Shown: in pieces, positions 30,144-39,959 of the stretch
Layout: each line of letters begins with the position of its first letter
Position numbering within the stretch: the stretch's first letter is position 1
Assembly (NCBI GenBank): GCA_030951045.1
Contig: JAUZQJ010000012.1
Location: 1,417 to 65,416, forward strand
Direction: 5' to 3'
DNA: 64,000 nt
Source: Mariprofundus sp.
GTDB taxonomy: Bacteria; Pseudomonadota; Zetaproteobacteria; Mariprofundales; Mariprofundaceae
Program-made: the position numbers and the translations under genes
Notes under the pieces: generated by a model
Told to the model about the DNA's origin: nothing
What the model saw: the letters and a program-made list of their open reading frames with translations, nothing else
Databases searched by the model: none

Positions 30144-30629
30144 TTAGCTGTTTTGAATACGTTGAATCAGCTTTGAGCTGGAGTATCCATCTACGAAAGG
30201 GATGACCAGCACCTCGCCACCGTTGTTGCGCACTTCGGCAGCACCAACGATATCATCGGGTTGATAATCCCCACCCTTAATCAGGGTGTCGGGCAGGAGT
30301 GCTGAGATCAAGTTCAATGGTGTGTCTTCAGAAAACGGTATTACCAGATCGACCGCACGTAGGGCTGCCAACATGACGGCGCGATCTGACAGTGGGTTGA
30401 TCGGGCGTGTTTCACCCTTTAAACGCCGAATGGAGTCATCATCGTTAAGGCCGATAATAAAAATATCACCATGCTCGGCTGCTTTTTCCAAATAATCGAT
30501 GTGGCCGGGATGCAATAGATCAAAGCAGCCATTGGTGAAAACGATTTTTTTACCTTCAGCTCTCCAGACTTCAACCTGTTGAATGGCTTGTTGAAGAGTG
30601 GATTGATGGCGCAGCAAGGCCGGGCTCAC
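30144..30629 (-). CDS. rfaE2: D-glycero-beta-D-manno-heptose 1-phosphate adenylyltransferase
   Basis: VFTNGCFDLLHPGH, GLNDD.SI.RLKG..RP and KGGDY motifs. Confidence 0.93.
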   Translation of the reverse strand: MSPALLRHQSTLQQAIQQVEVWRAEGKKIVFTNGCFDLLHPGHIDYLEKAAEHGDIFIIGLNDDDSIRRLKGETRPINPLSDRAVMLAALRAVDLVIPFSEDTPLNLISALLPDTLIKGGDYQPDDIVGAAEVRNNGGEVLVIPFVDGYSSSKLIQRIQNS

Positions 30630-31210
30630 GAATTCTTATCGTTACCGGATCGCATCATATCAATGACAGCCGTAACACCCTTGGTTTTGCGGGCGATCTC
30701 TTTGGCGCGCTGACGTTCAACGAGTTTGTGAACAACACCTTGCAGATACACTTTGCCATTGATCGTTTCGACATGAATTTTATAACCGGAAACCAGTTTG
30801 TCGTTCCAGAACTGTCGCTTTACCTGGGCGGTAATCCATGAGTCTGACATGATTGCACGCAATTTTGGTTTGCCAATTTCAAGCTTGTTCTTTACATCAA
30901 CAACGCCATTGACCTGTTTGGTGATAAAGATAGCGCGATCAATATGGGATTTGCTGGGCAGATTTCCAATCAGGGTTACATGACCATTGATAACCTCAAT
31001 ACTGACCCAGCGTGAAGGCATATCACGCTCCGCAATCAGACGCGCATCAATTTTGGAGGCGGTAACGGTGTCATCAAACTGTCTGCCAATAGTGCGTTCG
31101 TCCTGCGCAGTGTTGCCCACGGCAGTGGCGCCACCAACAATGGCACCGGCCAGGCAACCGGACAGAGAAAGTGTGAATAAAACTAATATAAATAGACGTA
31201 ACAAGGGCAT
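30626..31210 (-). CDS. dolP: dual-BON domain lipoprotein (DolP/YraP-like)
   Basis: Lipobox LSGC, DERTIGRQFDD, two BON repeats; yraN-gmhA context. Confidence 0.85.
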   Translation of the reverse strand: MPLLRLFILVLFTLSLSGCLAGAIVGGATAVGNTAQDERTIGRQFDDTVTASKIDARLIAERDMPSRWVSIEVINGHVTLIGNLPSKSHIDRAIFITKQVNGVVDVKNKLEIGKPKLRAIMSDSWITAQVKRQFWNDKLVSGYKIHVETINGKVYLQGVVHKLVERQRAKEIARKTKGVTAVIDMMRSGNDKNS

Positions 31211-31262
31211 GTGATCTCCTGAGTAATTAGCGGGTGTTTATTATTATATTTAACTGATCTTA

Positions 31263-32216
31263 TCAGATCACTTCATCACCTAATGTTTCCACTACGGAAG
31301 CAAATAGAAGAGGAACAAGGATTTCATCAGGGCCGGATAACCAGAAACCTGCCCCATTGGGTGAGGACAGTCTATTCACGACATCAGTAATAGCAGAAGA
31401 GCTGGCGGCAGGATCAATCACCGCTGTGGTGAGTGATTCAATATTTTTACCAACATTCCGAGCCGCGTCCATGCCCTGTAGTAACACACGAGGCAAGACA
31501 ACATTGGAGGCGATATTGATGACTACACCATGGCTGGATACAGCCATCATGCCAGCCAGCAGTTTGAAATCTTTGATGCTGGTTGTACCCAATGACTCAC
31601 CGCGTGCAGCAGGGTGTAAACAAAAAGCATCGGCGCCAATGGCCGGGTGCACAGAAACAGGCACGCCATAACGGAATGCTGTGGCCAGTACAGAGTGATC
31701 AAGATGCTCAAACTCTGTCTCATTCAGGCGTTTGCCTACGCTGTTGCCAATACCCTGATTTTCCAGTGCGCCATAATTGATTGCGTCGTTAATCAAACAG
31801 CCTGTTTCCTCGGTAATGCAGTAGCTACCATCACGGAGTTCGCGTTCGTGCGCTGTGACAGTGCGACCGGACATGGCTATTTCAACATCCTGTTCCAAAG
31901 CATCACCCGTAAGCGCCAGTCCGGTAATGATCTTTTGCTCAATCAGGCGGCAAATCATAGGGCCAAGACCAGAGTCGAACACATGTCCGCCACAGGCCAG
32001 AATGACAGCATGTTTGTTGCGGTAGGCTGAGACAATGGCATCACGTATATGAAACAGGTCCCCTGCACAGCCCAAATTGGGCAGGCTGCAGAGGAAGTCT
32101 TCGAGGCTGTTGCCTGCCTTGTAAGGGGCACCAAAATCTTTGCTGTCACTATCAACTTTACGTTGCGATAGGGGAACTGTTTTAAGTTTTTTCAATGAAA
32201 GTGGTTTAATAATCAT
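31263..32216 (-). CDS. GSU2086-family / deoxyhypusine-synthase-like protein, degenerate
   Basis: L.T.PL..R, FL.SLP, G.HV..GL.P, P.SVH.AIG.D...HP, DF, RN.G and EI..PLL spacing match the family as remembered. Confidence 0.7.
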   Translation of the reverse strand: MIIKPLSLKKLKTVPLSQRKVDSDSKDFGAPYKAGNSLEDFLCSLPNLGCAGDLFHIRDAIVSAYRNKHAVILACGGHVFDSGLGPMICRLIEQKIITGLALTGDALEQDVEIAMSGRTVTAHERELRDGSYCITEETGCLINDAINYGALENQGIGNSVGKRLNETEFEHLDHSVLATAFRYGVPVSVHPAIGADAFCLHPAARGESLGTTSIKDFKLLAGMMAVSSHGVVINIASNVVLPRVLLQGMDAARNVGKNIESLTTAVIDPAASSSAITDVVNRLSSPNGAGFWLSGPDEILVPLLFASVVETLGDEVI

Positions 32217-32866
32217 GATCTGCCCCCAAACATGTCGCTATCAATTATTGTACATAAAATATGCAGGCAGGTGATATGCATTTCCTGAATACGGGGGGTG
32301 GAGGGGTGATTAATATTCAGATGATGTTGCACATACTTACTCTGTCCGAGATCTCCACCATCATGCCCGCCGGTAAGGGCGATGGTTTGCATACCTGTTG
32401 CATGAGCGGCAGTTGCAGCGGCGACTACATTTTCAGAATTACCGCTGGTAGAAATTGCCAGTAGCACATCGCCCGGGCGACCAAGTGCTTCTACCTGGCG
32501 CGAAAACACCTGCGCAAAAGAGAAGTCATTGGCGATGCTAGTGATGACAGAGGCATCATGGGTCAGGGCTACAGCGGCTAATCCAGGTCTGTTCATTTCA
32601 AAACGATTGACCAGTTCAGCGGCAAAATGCTGAGCATCGGCAGCTGAGCCGCCATTACCGCAGGCCAGAATTTTACCACCGTGTGTGAGGCATTCGATCA
32701 TGACAGCCGCAGCGGCTAATAATGGCTCAGTAAGCTCTGTCATGCATTGTTGACGCAGTACAATGCCATCGGCAAAGGCCTGTTGAATCAATGCGTGCGA
32801 TACTGTTTGTGTATCATCGTCTGCTTTGGACGCGATTGACTTGGATGCAATCTCTTCAGCACTCAC
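32213..32866 (-). CDS. gmhA: phosphoheptose isomerase / DiaA (SIS domain)
   Basis: CGNGGSAADAQHFAAEL, ANDF, ISTSGNS and RIQEMH motifs. Confidence 0.9.
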   Translation of the reverse strand: MSAEEIASKSIASKADDDTQTVSHALIQQAFADGIVLRQQCMTELTEPLLAAAAVMIECLTHGGKILACGNGGSAADAQHFAAELVNRFEMNRPGLAAVALTHDASVITSIANDFSFAQVFSRQVEALGRPGDVLLAISTSGNSENVVAAATAAHATGMQTIALTGGHDGGDLGQSKYVQHHLNINHPSTPRIQEMHITCLHILCTIIDSDMFGGRS

Positions 32867-33225
32867 CTGATAATATCCTCCATGTGTTCAATGCGGGGAG
32901 AAACCCACATTGGTAAGCCGATTCTAGGGGTGAGGATGATTAAATCAAAGCGGCATTGTAAATGGGCGTAGTTCGGATGCTGGCTTAACCATGTTTCAGC
33001 AGCTGACTGTAGTCTGGCACACTTGTCCGGGTGCACAGCCAGCAGAGCGGATTCATACGTTTGATGGGCTTTTACTTCAATAAAAATCAGTAATTCGTCG
33101 CGTTTGGCGATGATGTCCAGTTCACCACGAGCCAGACGGACATTACGTCCTAAAATAGTATAACCGCGGTGCTGCAGGTAGCGGACGGCACGATCTTCAC
33201 CAGCTTGTCCCAGTTTAGTGCTCAT
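32863..33225 (-). CDS. yraN: YraN family putative endonuclease
   Basis: G..GE..A..YL, GELDII, FIEVK and CRFD motifs. Confidence 0.92.
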   Translation of the reverse strand: MSTKLGQAGEDRAVRYLQHRGYTILGRNVRLARGELDIIAKRDELLIFIEVKAHQTYESALLAVHPDKCARLQSAAETWLSQHPNYAHLQCRFDLIILTPRIGLPMWVSPRIEHMEDIIR

Positions 33226-33262
33226 GTAAGGAGAGGGGGATTCAACAAGGGGAGTGGTTGTT

Positions 33263-33312
33263 TAGGGAAACGCTGATCTCTTGCCGGATGCAGTAAATCA
33301 GCATCTTCTTAG
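33263..33312. repeat. short inverted-repeat element, IS5-end-like family copy 3
   Basis: TAGGGAAACGCTGAT ... ATCAGCATCTTCTTAG between rsmI and yraN; its end overlaps the rsmI stop. Confidence 0.55.
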
Positions 33313-34166
33313 TTGTTGCCGGTAATCAGCGTATAGGCGCGAGATTTGGCAACGCCAAGCATATTGGCCACCGCTTTTGCGCGGGCGGAGGGCGGTAGGG
33401 CTTGCATGGCAGGGCTGGCTAAACATTCAATAATTTGTTGATCCGTGAGTTCTACAGCGGCTTCCGTGGCAGGGCCAATCAATAAGACAATCTCTCCGCG
33501 TGGTGCATGTTGTTCAAAATGGCTGATGAGTTCTGCGGCACTGCCAGCGACGAATTCTTCAAATAGCTTGGTTAATTCACGGGCCACAACCAGTTCACGG
33601 GATGCATCCATACAGGTCTGGATATTGCGTAGTGTACTTAACAGGCGGTGTGGTGATTCCAGGATCACGACGGTTTCATCCGAACCATTGATACGGTTGA
33701 GTGCCTGCTGGCGGGTTTTTCCACTGCGGGGTAAAAATCCGGTAAAACGAAAATGATCCGTTGGTAATCCCGCGGCACACAAGGATGTAAGCACACTGCT
33801 GGCGCCGGGAATAGGGACAATACGAATACCTTCAGCACGCAAACCGCGCACCAGTCGATAACCGGGATCGGAAATTAATGGCGTACCAGCATCAGAAATG
33901 AGTGCAATGTTTTCGCCCTGTTGCAAACGTGGCAGCAGGGCTTGAATCATGTTGGCTTCATTATGTTCATGCACTGCAATCATGGCTGTGGTGATGCCAT
34001 AATGTTGCAACAGTTTGCGGCTGTTGCGTGTGTCTTCAGCGGCGATGATGTCAGCCTGCTTCAGTGTTTCGACGGCACGATAGGTCATATCGGCGAGATT
34101 TCCGATAGGCGTGGCGACGACGAACAGTTGGCCGGATGTCGATTGATGTTTAGGCTGCGAATCCAT
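33309..34166 (-). CDS. rsmI: 16S rRNA C1402 2'-O-methyltransferase
   Basis: VATPIGNL.D, AEDTR, SDAGTPLISDPG, ESPHRL and RELTKLFEE motifs. Confidence 0.96.
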   Translation of the reverse strand: MDSQPKHQSTSGQLFVVATPIGNLADMTYRAVETLKQADIIAAEDTRNSRKLLQHYGITTAMIAVHEHNEANMIQALLPRLQQGENIALISDAGTPLISDPGYRLVRGLRAEGIRIVPIPGASSVLTSLCAAGLPTDHFRFTGFLPRSGKTRQQALNRINGSDETVVILESPHRLLSTLRNIQTCMDASRELVVARELTKLFEEFVAGSAAELISHFEQHAPRGEIVLLIGPATEAAVELTDQQIIECLASPAMQALPPSARAKAVANMLGVAKSRAYTLITGNN

Positions 34167-36120
34167 GTTGTGGACACGTTATCTTCCTACCCCTCCGGCT
34201 GCAATGCCTATCATGATGCTAGTTGCTATGGGAGTGCTGTTATTACTCAGCGCCTGCCAGCCCAAAACGCCGACTGAGACGGCGAACAGAAACGCTGTAA
34301 AAGGTGCTGAATCGGTCTCTCGTATGGCCGTAGCTCCCGAGAGTGTCGCTGAAATAAAATATTTGATGCAGCAGGCTCGTGATGGTGGTGACATTGAACA
34401 TGTGTTTCAGGAGCTGGAGCGATTGATGCTGGATCCCTCTCCTGTTGTGCATCAGGAGGCAGCATTTCGCAGAGCCCAGTTGATGCTGGCCGGTAACCGA
34501 ACTGATGCGGCGAGGGTGATGCAGGCAACCATGGATGCATATCCTGATCATGCCCTGGTGCCATATGCCTATGTTTGGAAGGCGCGTTGGTGGATGCAGC
34601 AAGATGATGCCAACGCAACGCTGGCGAGCCTGCGAAAAGCGCTTGTTCATCCCCGTTTGACCCGTGAGCTGGTGGATGAAGTGTTCGATATCGGCCCTGC
34701 CATTGTCCAGTATGCAGACGAGGGTGAAGCGATAAGTTGGCTGTTGTCGGCAGCACAGATAGATGTGTCAGGACGTGATAGCTGGTTGAGAATGGCCGCG
34801 CGTCGCGCTTCGTTGGATACCATCGATATGTTGATGACAAGCGGCTCCTTATCGTCTGAAATTCTACCTGCCTTTTCACTGTATGCCGGACGCGCCCATT
34901 TGATGAGTGGCGATATGGCTGGGGTAAATAAAATTGCCAACTCCTTGTCGCAATTGATGCCAGGTAGCGCAGAGAGTCGGCAGCTTCAATCCTGGGCTGC
35001 TGGAGAAATCAGTGCTGCAACAATCGGTGTGCTGCTTCCATTGAGTGGTAAATACGCCCGTTTCGGGGGGCAGGCACTGCGCGGAATTCGCATGGCCTTG
35101 GCTGCAACGGAGTTTGATCAATATATTACGCTACGCGTAGAAGATACCGGTTCGAATGCAGAGACGGCAATAAAAGCCTACCGCAAGTTGGCCAATGAAT
35201 CGGTCAATATTATTGTTGGCCCTCTGTTGGCTGAAACGACAGAAGCGATCACGCCTTATTTGAAGTATGGCATTCCGGTGATCAGCCTGACCGGTCGAAC
35301 CCATCTGGCACATAAATCAGATGCACTGTTTGTGCATACACTTTCACCATTGGCTCAAATTGATGTGATGGCGAATTATGCCTGGAAACATGATGCGAAA
35401 CGCATGGTTGTGATCGCTGCGGATGGTGAAAGCCAGAAAGAAGCGGATATGTTTGTTGCTTCATTTGAATCACTTGGTGGTGAAGTCATTGAAACATTGA
35501 AAATGGAGCGTGGAACGTTGGATTATCGTGACGTTTTGAATCAGCTGCGTTTTGAAACAGATGATGATCAGCTCCTGGCTGAGTTGGATGAAGAGTTGAA
35601 TGTCTTTTTACCTGGGATGGAGATGGAGTTTCGTGTGCCTGTGAATTTTGATGCAATCTATCTGGCTTTAAATGGTAAGCAGATTGCGCTGTTGGCGGGG
35701 CAGTTGGCCTATGCTGATATTTCAGGTGTGCCGTTGTACGGCAGTAGCCGTTGGCAGGATGGCCATCTGCTGGATGATCGGGGACGCTATTTATCGCGGG
35801 CGCGATTTGCGATCTCCAATCTGTCACAAGAGATGGATCATAAAGATCCTGCTATTCGGCAATTCAATCAAGTACATCGCAGTGTATGGGGCGATGAAAA
35901 CACATCGCAATTGATGAGTCTGGCATATGATACAATGCGTATTGCGACGATGATCACGAGTCGCCTGGGACTTGAAAAACAGGCTCTGTTTCGTGAGTTA
36001 CGCGATCCGGATGGTTTCCCTGCTATGACCGGGCACGTGTTGTTCGATGCTTCCGGTGTCGGACAAAAACAATTGGATGTTTTTAGTATTAAAAAGGGAA
36101 AAATTGTTCCTGCCCGATAA
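34165..36120 (+). CDS. lpoA: penicillin-binding protein activator LpoA (LppC family lipoprotein)
   Basis: Lipobox LSAC, TPR-like N-half, IGVLLPLSG, IVGPLL; divergent from rsmI as in E. coli. Start may be 34204. Confidence 0.82.
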   Translation: MLWTRYLPTPPAAMPIMMLVAMGVLLLLSACQPKTPTETANRNAVKGAESVSRMAVAPESVAEIKYLMQQARDGGDIEHVFQELERLMLDPSPVVHQEAAFRRAQLMLAGNRTDAARVMQATMDAYPDHALVPYAYVWKARWWMQQDDANATLASLRKALVHPRLTRELVDEVFDIGPAIVQYADEGEAISWLLSAAQIDVSGRDSWLRMAARRASLDTIDMLMTSGSLSSEILPAFSLYAGRAHLMSGDMAGVNKIANSLSQLMPGSAESRQLQSWAAGEISAATIGVLLPLSGKYARFGGQALRGIRMALAATEFDQYITLRVEDTGSNAETAIKAYRKLANESVNIIVGPLLAETTEAITPYLKYGIPVISLTGRTHLAHKSDALFVHTLSPLAQIDVMANYAWKHDAKRMVVIAADGESQKEADMFVASFESLGGEVIETLKMERGTLDYRDVLNQLRFETDDDQLLAELDEELNVFLPGMEMEFRVPVNFDAIYLALNGKQIALLAGQLAYADISGVPLYGSSRWQDGHLLDDRGRYLSRARFAISNLSQEMDHKDPAIRQFNQVHRSVWGDENTSQLMSLAYDTMRIATMITSRLGLEKQALFRELRDPDGFPAMTGHVLFDASGVGQKQLDVFSIKKGKIVPAR

Positions 36121-36124
36121 ACCG

Positions 36125-37723
36125 GTGTCTGCGAATCAATCGTTGACAGAGTGTAAGCACCTGTATGCGGACTATCTGATTATTGGTAGTGGCGCAGCTG
36201 GTTTGTTGGCAGCCAACCGACTTGCTGCACATGGGCAGGTGTTGTTGGTGAATAAAGGCAAATTTAAAGATTCCAGCACCTGGAATGCGCAAGGTGGGAT
36301 TGCCGGCGTAATATCGGAGAGTGATTCTTTTAATTCGCATGTGCAGGACACCCTGGATGCCGGTGTGGGGCTTTGTCATGAGGATGTGGTGCGTGTTATT
36401 ATTGGACATGGTCGTGAGATTATTGATGAGCTGATTGAGATAGGTACTGCTTTCGATGAGAAAAACGGTGCGCTGCATCTGACCAGAGAAGGGGGCCATA
36501 GTAGTCGGCGTGTTGCGCATGTTCAGGATGCAACAGGTCGAGCGATTAGTGAGGCGCTGCTGGCACAGGTTGCTCCGCATGCGAATGTGACTCGGCTTGA
36601 AGAGCATGTCGCGATTGATCTGGTAACCTCAGCATCTACAGATAACGGTCAAAAGCGCTGTGTTGGTGCGTATGTGCTGAATCCATCTGGTGAAGTGATT
36701 ACGATTGCTGCCAGACAAACCATTTTGGCAACCGGCGGTACAGGTAAGGTCTATCTCTATACATCCAATCCCCATGCCGCTACCGGCGATGGCATTGCGA
36801 TGGCGTGGCGAGCCGGTTGTGCGGTGATGAATCTTGAGTTTATACAATTTCATCCCACTTGCCTGTATCATCGTGAAGGCTCCAGTATGTTGTTGTCCGA
36901 GGCCCTGCGGGGGGAGGGGGCGCATATCGTAGATGCTGATGGGCGCCGTTTTCTGTTTGATTATGATGAACGCGGAGAGTTGGCTTCACGCGATATTGTT
37001 GCGCGTGCGATTGACCATGAGATAAAAAAACAGGGTGTTGATTGCATGTATATTGATGCCCGCCCGATAAACGCGAGCCTTATTCTGGATCACTTCCGTA
37101 ATATTCACAGCCGTCTTCTGGCGTTGGGTATAGATTTAACTCAGGAGCTTGTGCCGGTGGTGCCTGCGGCACACTATATTTGTGGTGGCATTCAAGCAGA
37201 TGTGAATGGTAAAACGAGTTTGGATGGTCTGTATGCGATTGGAGAAACCGCATGTACGGGATTGCACGGTGCCAATCGACTGGCCAGCAATTCGTTACTT
37301 GAATGCCTGGTCATGGCTGATTGTTGTGCTGCTGATGTGATTAAGCAGCCAGCGCCTCAGGCCTGTGAAATAGCGAATTGGGATGACTCAGGCATTGTAC
37401 CGGAAATCGAGCGTATTCAGATCAAACAGAACTGGGATGAAATCAGGGCTACCATGTCACACTATGTTGGTATTGTGCGTTCTGATGAACGCCTGCGCCG
37501 TGCCGCTCGCCGTCTGCGTATTATTCAGGATGAGATTGCCTCCTATTATTGGAAACATCCGGTGAGTCAGGATCTTCTGGAACTGCGTAATATCGCTTTG
37601 TTGGCCGAATTGATTATACGTAGTGCTGAGCAGCGCCTTGAGTCTCGCGGGCTACATTACTCCACTGATTATCCTCAATCCTCAGCAGTGGCATCGGATA
37701 CTGTGCTGCGGCCAGAGCACTGA
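36125..37723 (+). CDS. nadB: L-aspartate oxidase
   Basis: IIGSGAAG, AQGGIA, REGGHS..R, QFHPT, SEALRGEG and GLHGANRLASNSLLE motifs; start uncertain. Confidence 0.96.
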   Translation: MSANQSLTECKHLYADYLIIGSGAAGLLAANRLAAHGQVLLVNKGKFKDSSTWNAQGGIAGVISESDSFNSHVQDTLDAGVGLCHEDVVRVIIGHGREIIDELIEIGTAFDEKNGALHLTREGGHSSRRVAHVQDATGRAISEALLAQVAPHANVTRLEEHVAIDLVTSASTDNGQKRCVGAYVLNPSGEVITIAARQTILATGGTGKVYLYTSNPHAATGDGIAMAWRAGCAVMNLEFIQFHPTCLYHREGSSMLLSEALRGEGAHIVDADGRRFLFDYDERGELASRDIVARAIDHEIKKQGVDCMYIDARPINASLILDHFRNIHSRLLALGIDLTQELVPVVPAAHYICGGIQADVNGKTSLDGLYAIGETACTGLHGANRLASNSLLECLVMADCCAADVIKQPAPQACEIANWDDSGIVPEIERIQIKQNWDEIRATMSHYVGIVRSDERLRRAARRLRIIQDEIASYYWKHPVSQDLLELRNIALLAELIIRSAEQRLESRGLHYSTDYPQSSAVASDTVLRPEH

Positions 37724-38025
37724 TGTCAGAGGCGGGGCTCCTTGTTCACCTGCACGGACGTGTTCAGGGTGTCGGTTTTCGCTATCATACGCGGCTTAAG
37801 GCACGAGAACTGGGTATTCGAGGTTGGGTGAAAAACAGGGCGGATGGAAGTGTGGAGTGTTGTATTTGTGGTGACGCACTGCCTATGCAGGATTGGCTGA
37901 GACACGGGCCCGTGGGTGCAAGCGTCGATGCTGTAACATTTGTGCCATTCCAGTTAACAGAATCACTGAACGATTTTAGTGTGCGTGATGTTGATGTGAG
38001 TCATGACAGATACGACGGGGTGTAA
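37723..38025 (+). CDS. acyP: acylphosphatase
   Basis: GRVQGVGFR and GWVKN..DGSVE motifs. Confidence 0.92.
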   Translation: MSEAGLLVHLHGRVQGVGFRYHTRLKARELGIRGWVKNRADGSVECCICGDALPMQDWLRHGPVGASVDAVTFVPFQLTESLNDFSVRDVDVSHDRYDGV

Positions 38026-38034
38026 GGGGTAACA

Positions 38035-39051
38035 ATGCGTTTCAATGCACAACAGGAATTTAATCATGAACAGCCGGTTTCAACAGGGGTGTTGTTAACC
38101 AATCTTGGTACTCCGGATGCGCCTACAACAAAAGCAGTGCGGGCGTATCTCAAAGAGTTTCTTTGGGATCCGCGTGTGGTAGAGCAACCGCGCTGGCTCT
38201 GGTGGTTGGTGCTAAACGCGGTTATTTTGAATGTGCGCCCAGCCAAATCGGCGGCAGCTTATCGTAAAGTGTGGACAGATGATGGCTCTCCGCTGTTGGC
38301 GATTGGCAAAAATCAGCAGAAAAAACTGGCTCATAGTTTGCGCGAAGCCGCTGGCGACCATGTGCATGTTGAGCTTGCGATGCGTTATGGCAATCCATCT
38401 ATCCAGGCTGGTCTGGAAGCCTTGCGGTCAAAAAACTGTAAGAAAATTATTATATTGCCACTCTATCCACAATATTCAGCGACTACGACAGCATCTACAT
38501 TTGATGCTGTATCCGACGTGTTGAAGTCATGGCGGCGCGTTCCGGAGCTGCATATGATTGACGCGTATCATGATCACCCGGCTTATATTGAAGCATTGAC
38601 CCAGAGTGTGCGAAATTATTGGGCAGAACATGGTAAACCTGAACGCTTACTGATGAGTTACCACGGTATTCCTGAACGTTATTTCAAAAATGGCGATCCC
38701 TATCCCTGTCATTGCCGAAAAACAGCCAGGCTGTTGCGTGAGCAGCTGGAGCTGGATGAAGAGAGCTCCTTTGTATCATTTCAGTCGCGTTTTGGCCGTG
38801 AGCAATGGGTGCAGCCATATACCGATGCCACGTTGAAAGCGTGGGGTGAGGAAGGAGTGAAATCTGTTGATGTGATTTGCCCTGGGTTCGCAGCAGATTG
38901 CCTGGAGACTATCGAGGAGGTGGCCATGGAAAATCGTGATTATTTTCTCGAGGCCGGCGGTCAGCAGTATCGTTATATCCCTGCTTTAAATGATGGTGAT
39001 GCGCATATTAAGGCATTAAGTCAGATAGTGATGAAACATCTGCAATCATGA
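38035..39051 (+). CDS. hemH: ferrochelatase
   Basis: NLGTP, MRYG.P, PLYPQYS, SYHGIP, FQSRFG and DCLETIEE motifs. Confidence 0.97.
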   Translation: MRFNAQQEFNHEQPVSTGVLLTNLGTPDAPTTKAVRAYLKEFLWDPRVVEQPRWLWWLVLNAVILNVRPAKSAAAYRKVWTDDGSPLLAIGKNQQKKLAHSLREAAGDHVHVELAMRYGNPSIQAGLEALRSKNCKKIIILPLYPQYSATTTASTFDAVSDVLKSWRRVPELHMIDAYHDHPAYIEALTQSVRNYWAEHGKPERLLMSYHGIPERYFKNGDPYPCHCRKTARLLREQLELDEESSFVSFQSRFGREQWVQPYTDATLKAWGEEGVKSVDVICPGFAADCLETIEEVAMENRDYFLEAGGQQYRYIPALNDGDAHIKALSQIVMKHLQS

Positions 39052-39082
39052 GCATGCCTGCCAAGGGTTGGCGGGCATGCTC
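39050..39082. terminator. hairpin between convergent genes
   Basis: GAGCATGCCTGCCAA-GGG-TTGGCGGGCATGCTC. Confidence 0.7.
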
Positions 39083-39084
39083 TG

Positions 39085-39837
39085 TTACTGCCCGATCAGG
39101 TGCACAATGATTTTATTTGCAGCGTAGGCGCTAGCACCTTTTTTTAGCAGGATTTTACCCTTATTCTGTGTCATCAGGATTTTGCGTAGATTGCTTGCAA
39201 TATCTTTATAGGTTTCGTTGTAATAAAAAATAGTGGTTTTTTTGCTGAGGTGCATCGATTTGGTCAATGCAGGGAAAGTAGGTCTAAATTTTTTCTCTTT
39301 GATAGATTTTATAATACTGTTTTGCAATGCTGTGGGTATATTATTTAAATAGATTTCTACACTGGCAGAGGCATTGCTTGCTCCGCTTTTGTCCGCAGGC
39401 AGGGTGGTCTTAGCGCTAGCCCTTGCTTTTGAATGAGATGCTTTAGCTCTCTTTTGTGCTTTTTTTAATGCAGAAGACTGGCGACTAGTTTTGTCATCCA
39501 TGCGTTTAATTTGTCTTTCCAATTCACCCATGCGGACTTTCGATTCTTTGAGTTTTTCAGTTAGTGTTTCATTTTCATGTTTTAATTTAGCTTGGTTTTT
39601 AATGGCGAGTTCAGCATCTACAAGCTGTTGAATCGTATTCATTTGAATATCAGTAATGTCATTTTTAGCCAGTTGTAACTGATCGCGTGTGTCTCTCAGA
39701 CTACTTTCGAGATTGGATAGATTATTTTGCCTGTAATTGACGATGCCAGAGGCCAGAGAAAGGATGAGAGCCGTGATAGCAATAATCATCGGAAAGCCTA
39801 CCCCGATCTTTGCCGTGATATGATTATCTCCTGACAT
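39085..39837 (-). CDS. membrane-anchored coiled-coil hypothetical protein
   Basis: N-terminal TM, long heptad region, Lys/Ala linker, small C-terminal alpha/beta domain; AT-rich. Confidence 0.75.
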   Translation of the reverse strand: MSGDNHITAKIGVGFPMIIAITALILSLASGIVNYRQNNLSNLESSLRDTRDQLQLAKNDITDIQMNTIQQLVDAELAIKNQAKLKHENETLTEKLKESKVRMGELERQIKRMDDKTSRQSSALKKAQKRAKASHSKARASAKTTLPADKSGASNASASVEIYLNNIPTALQNSIIKSIKEKKFRPTFPALTKSMHLSKKTTIFYYNETYKDIASNLRKILMTQNKGKILLKKGASAYAANKIIVHLIGQ

Positions 39838-39908
39838 GTTTTTCCCCTAGGAACCTAGTTTATGTGTTGTTGATGCTAACAATCATGCAATGATATCTGC
39901 AGGTAGGT

Positions 39909-39944
39909 AAAAAAAAAACAGCCCGGCTTTCACAGGGCTGTTTT
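39909..39944 (-). terminator. intrinsic terminator for the OmpA-family gene
   Basis: A-run, then AAAACAGCCC-loop-GGGCTGTTTT; gives a U-tract on the minus strand. Confidence 0.75.
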
Positions 39945-39959
39945 ATTGGAACGATGTGC

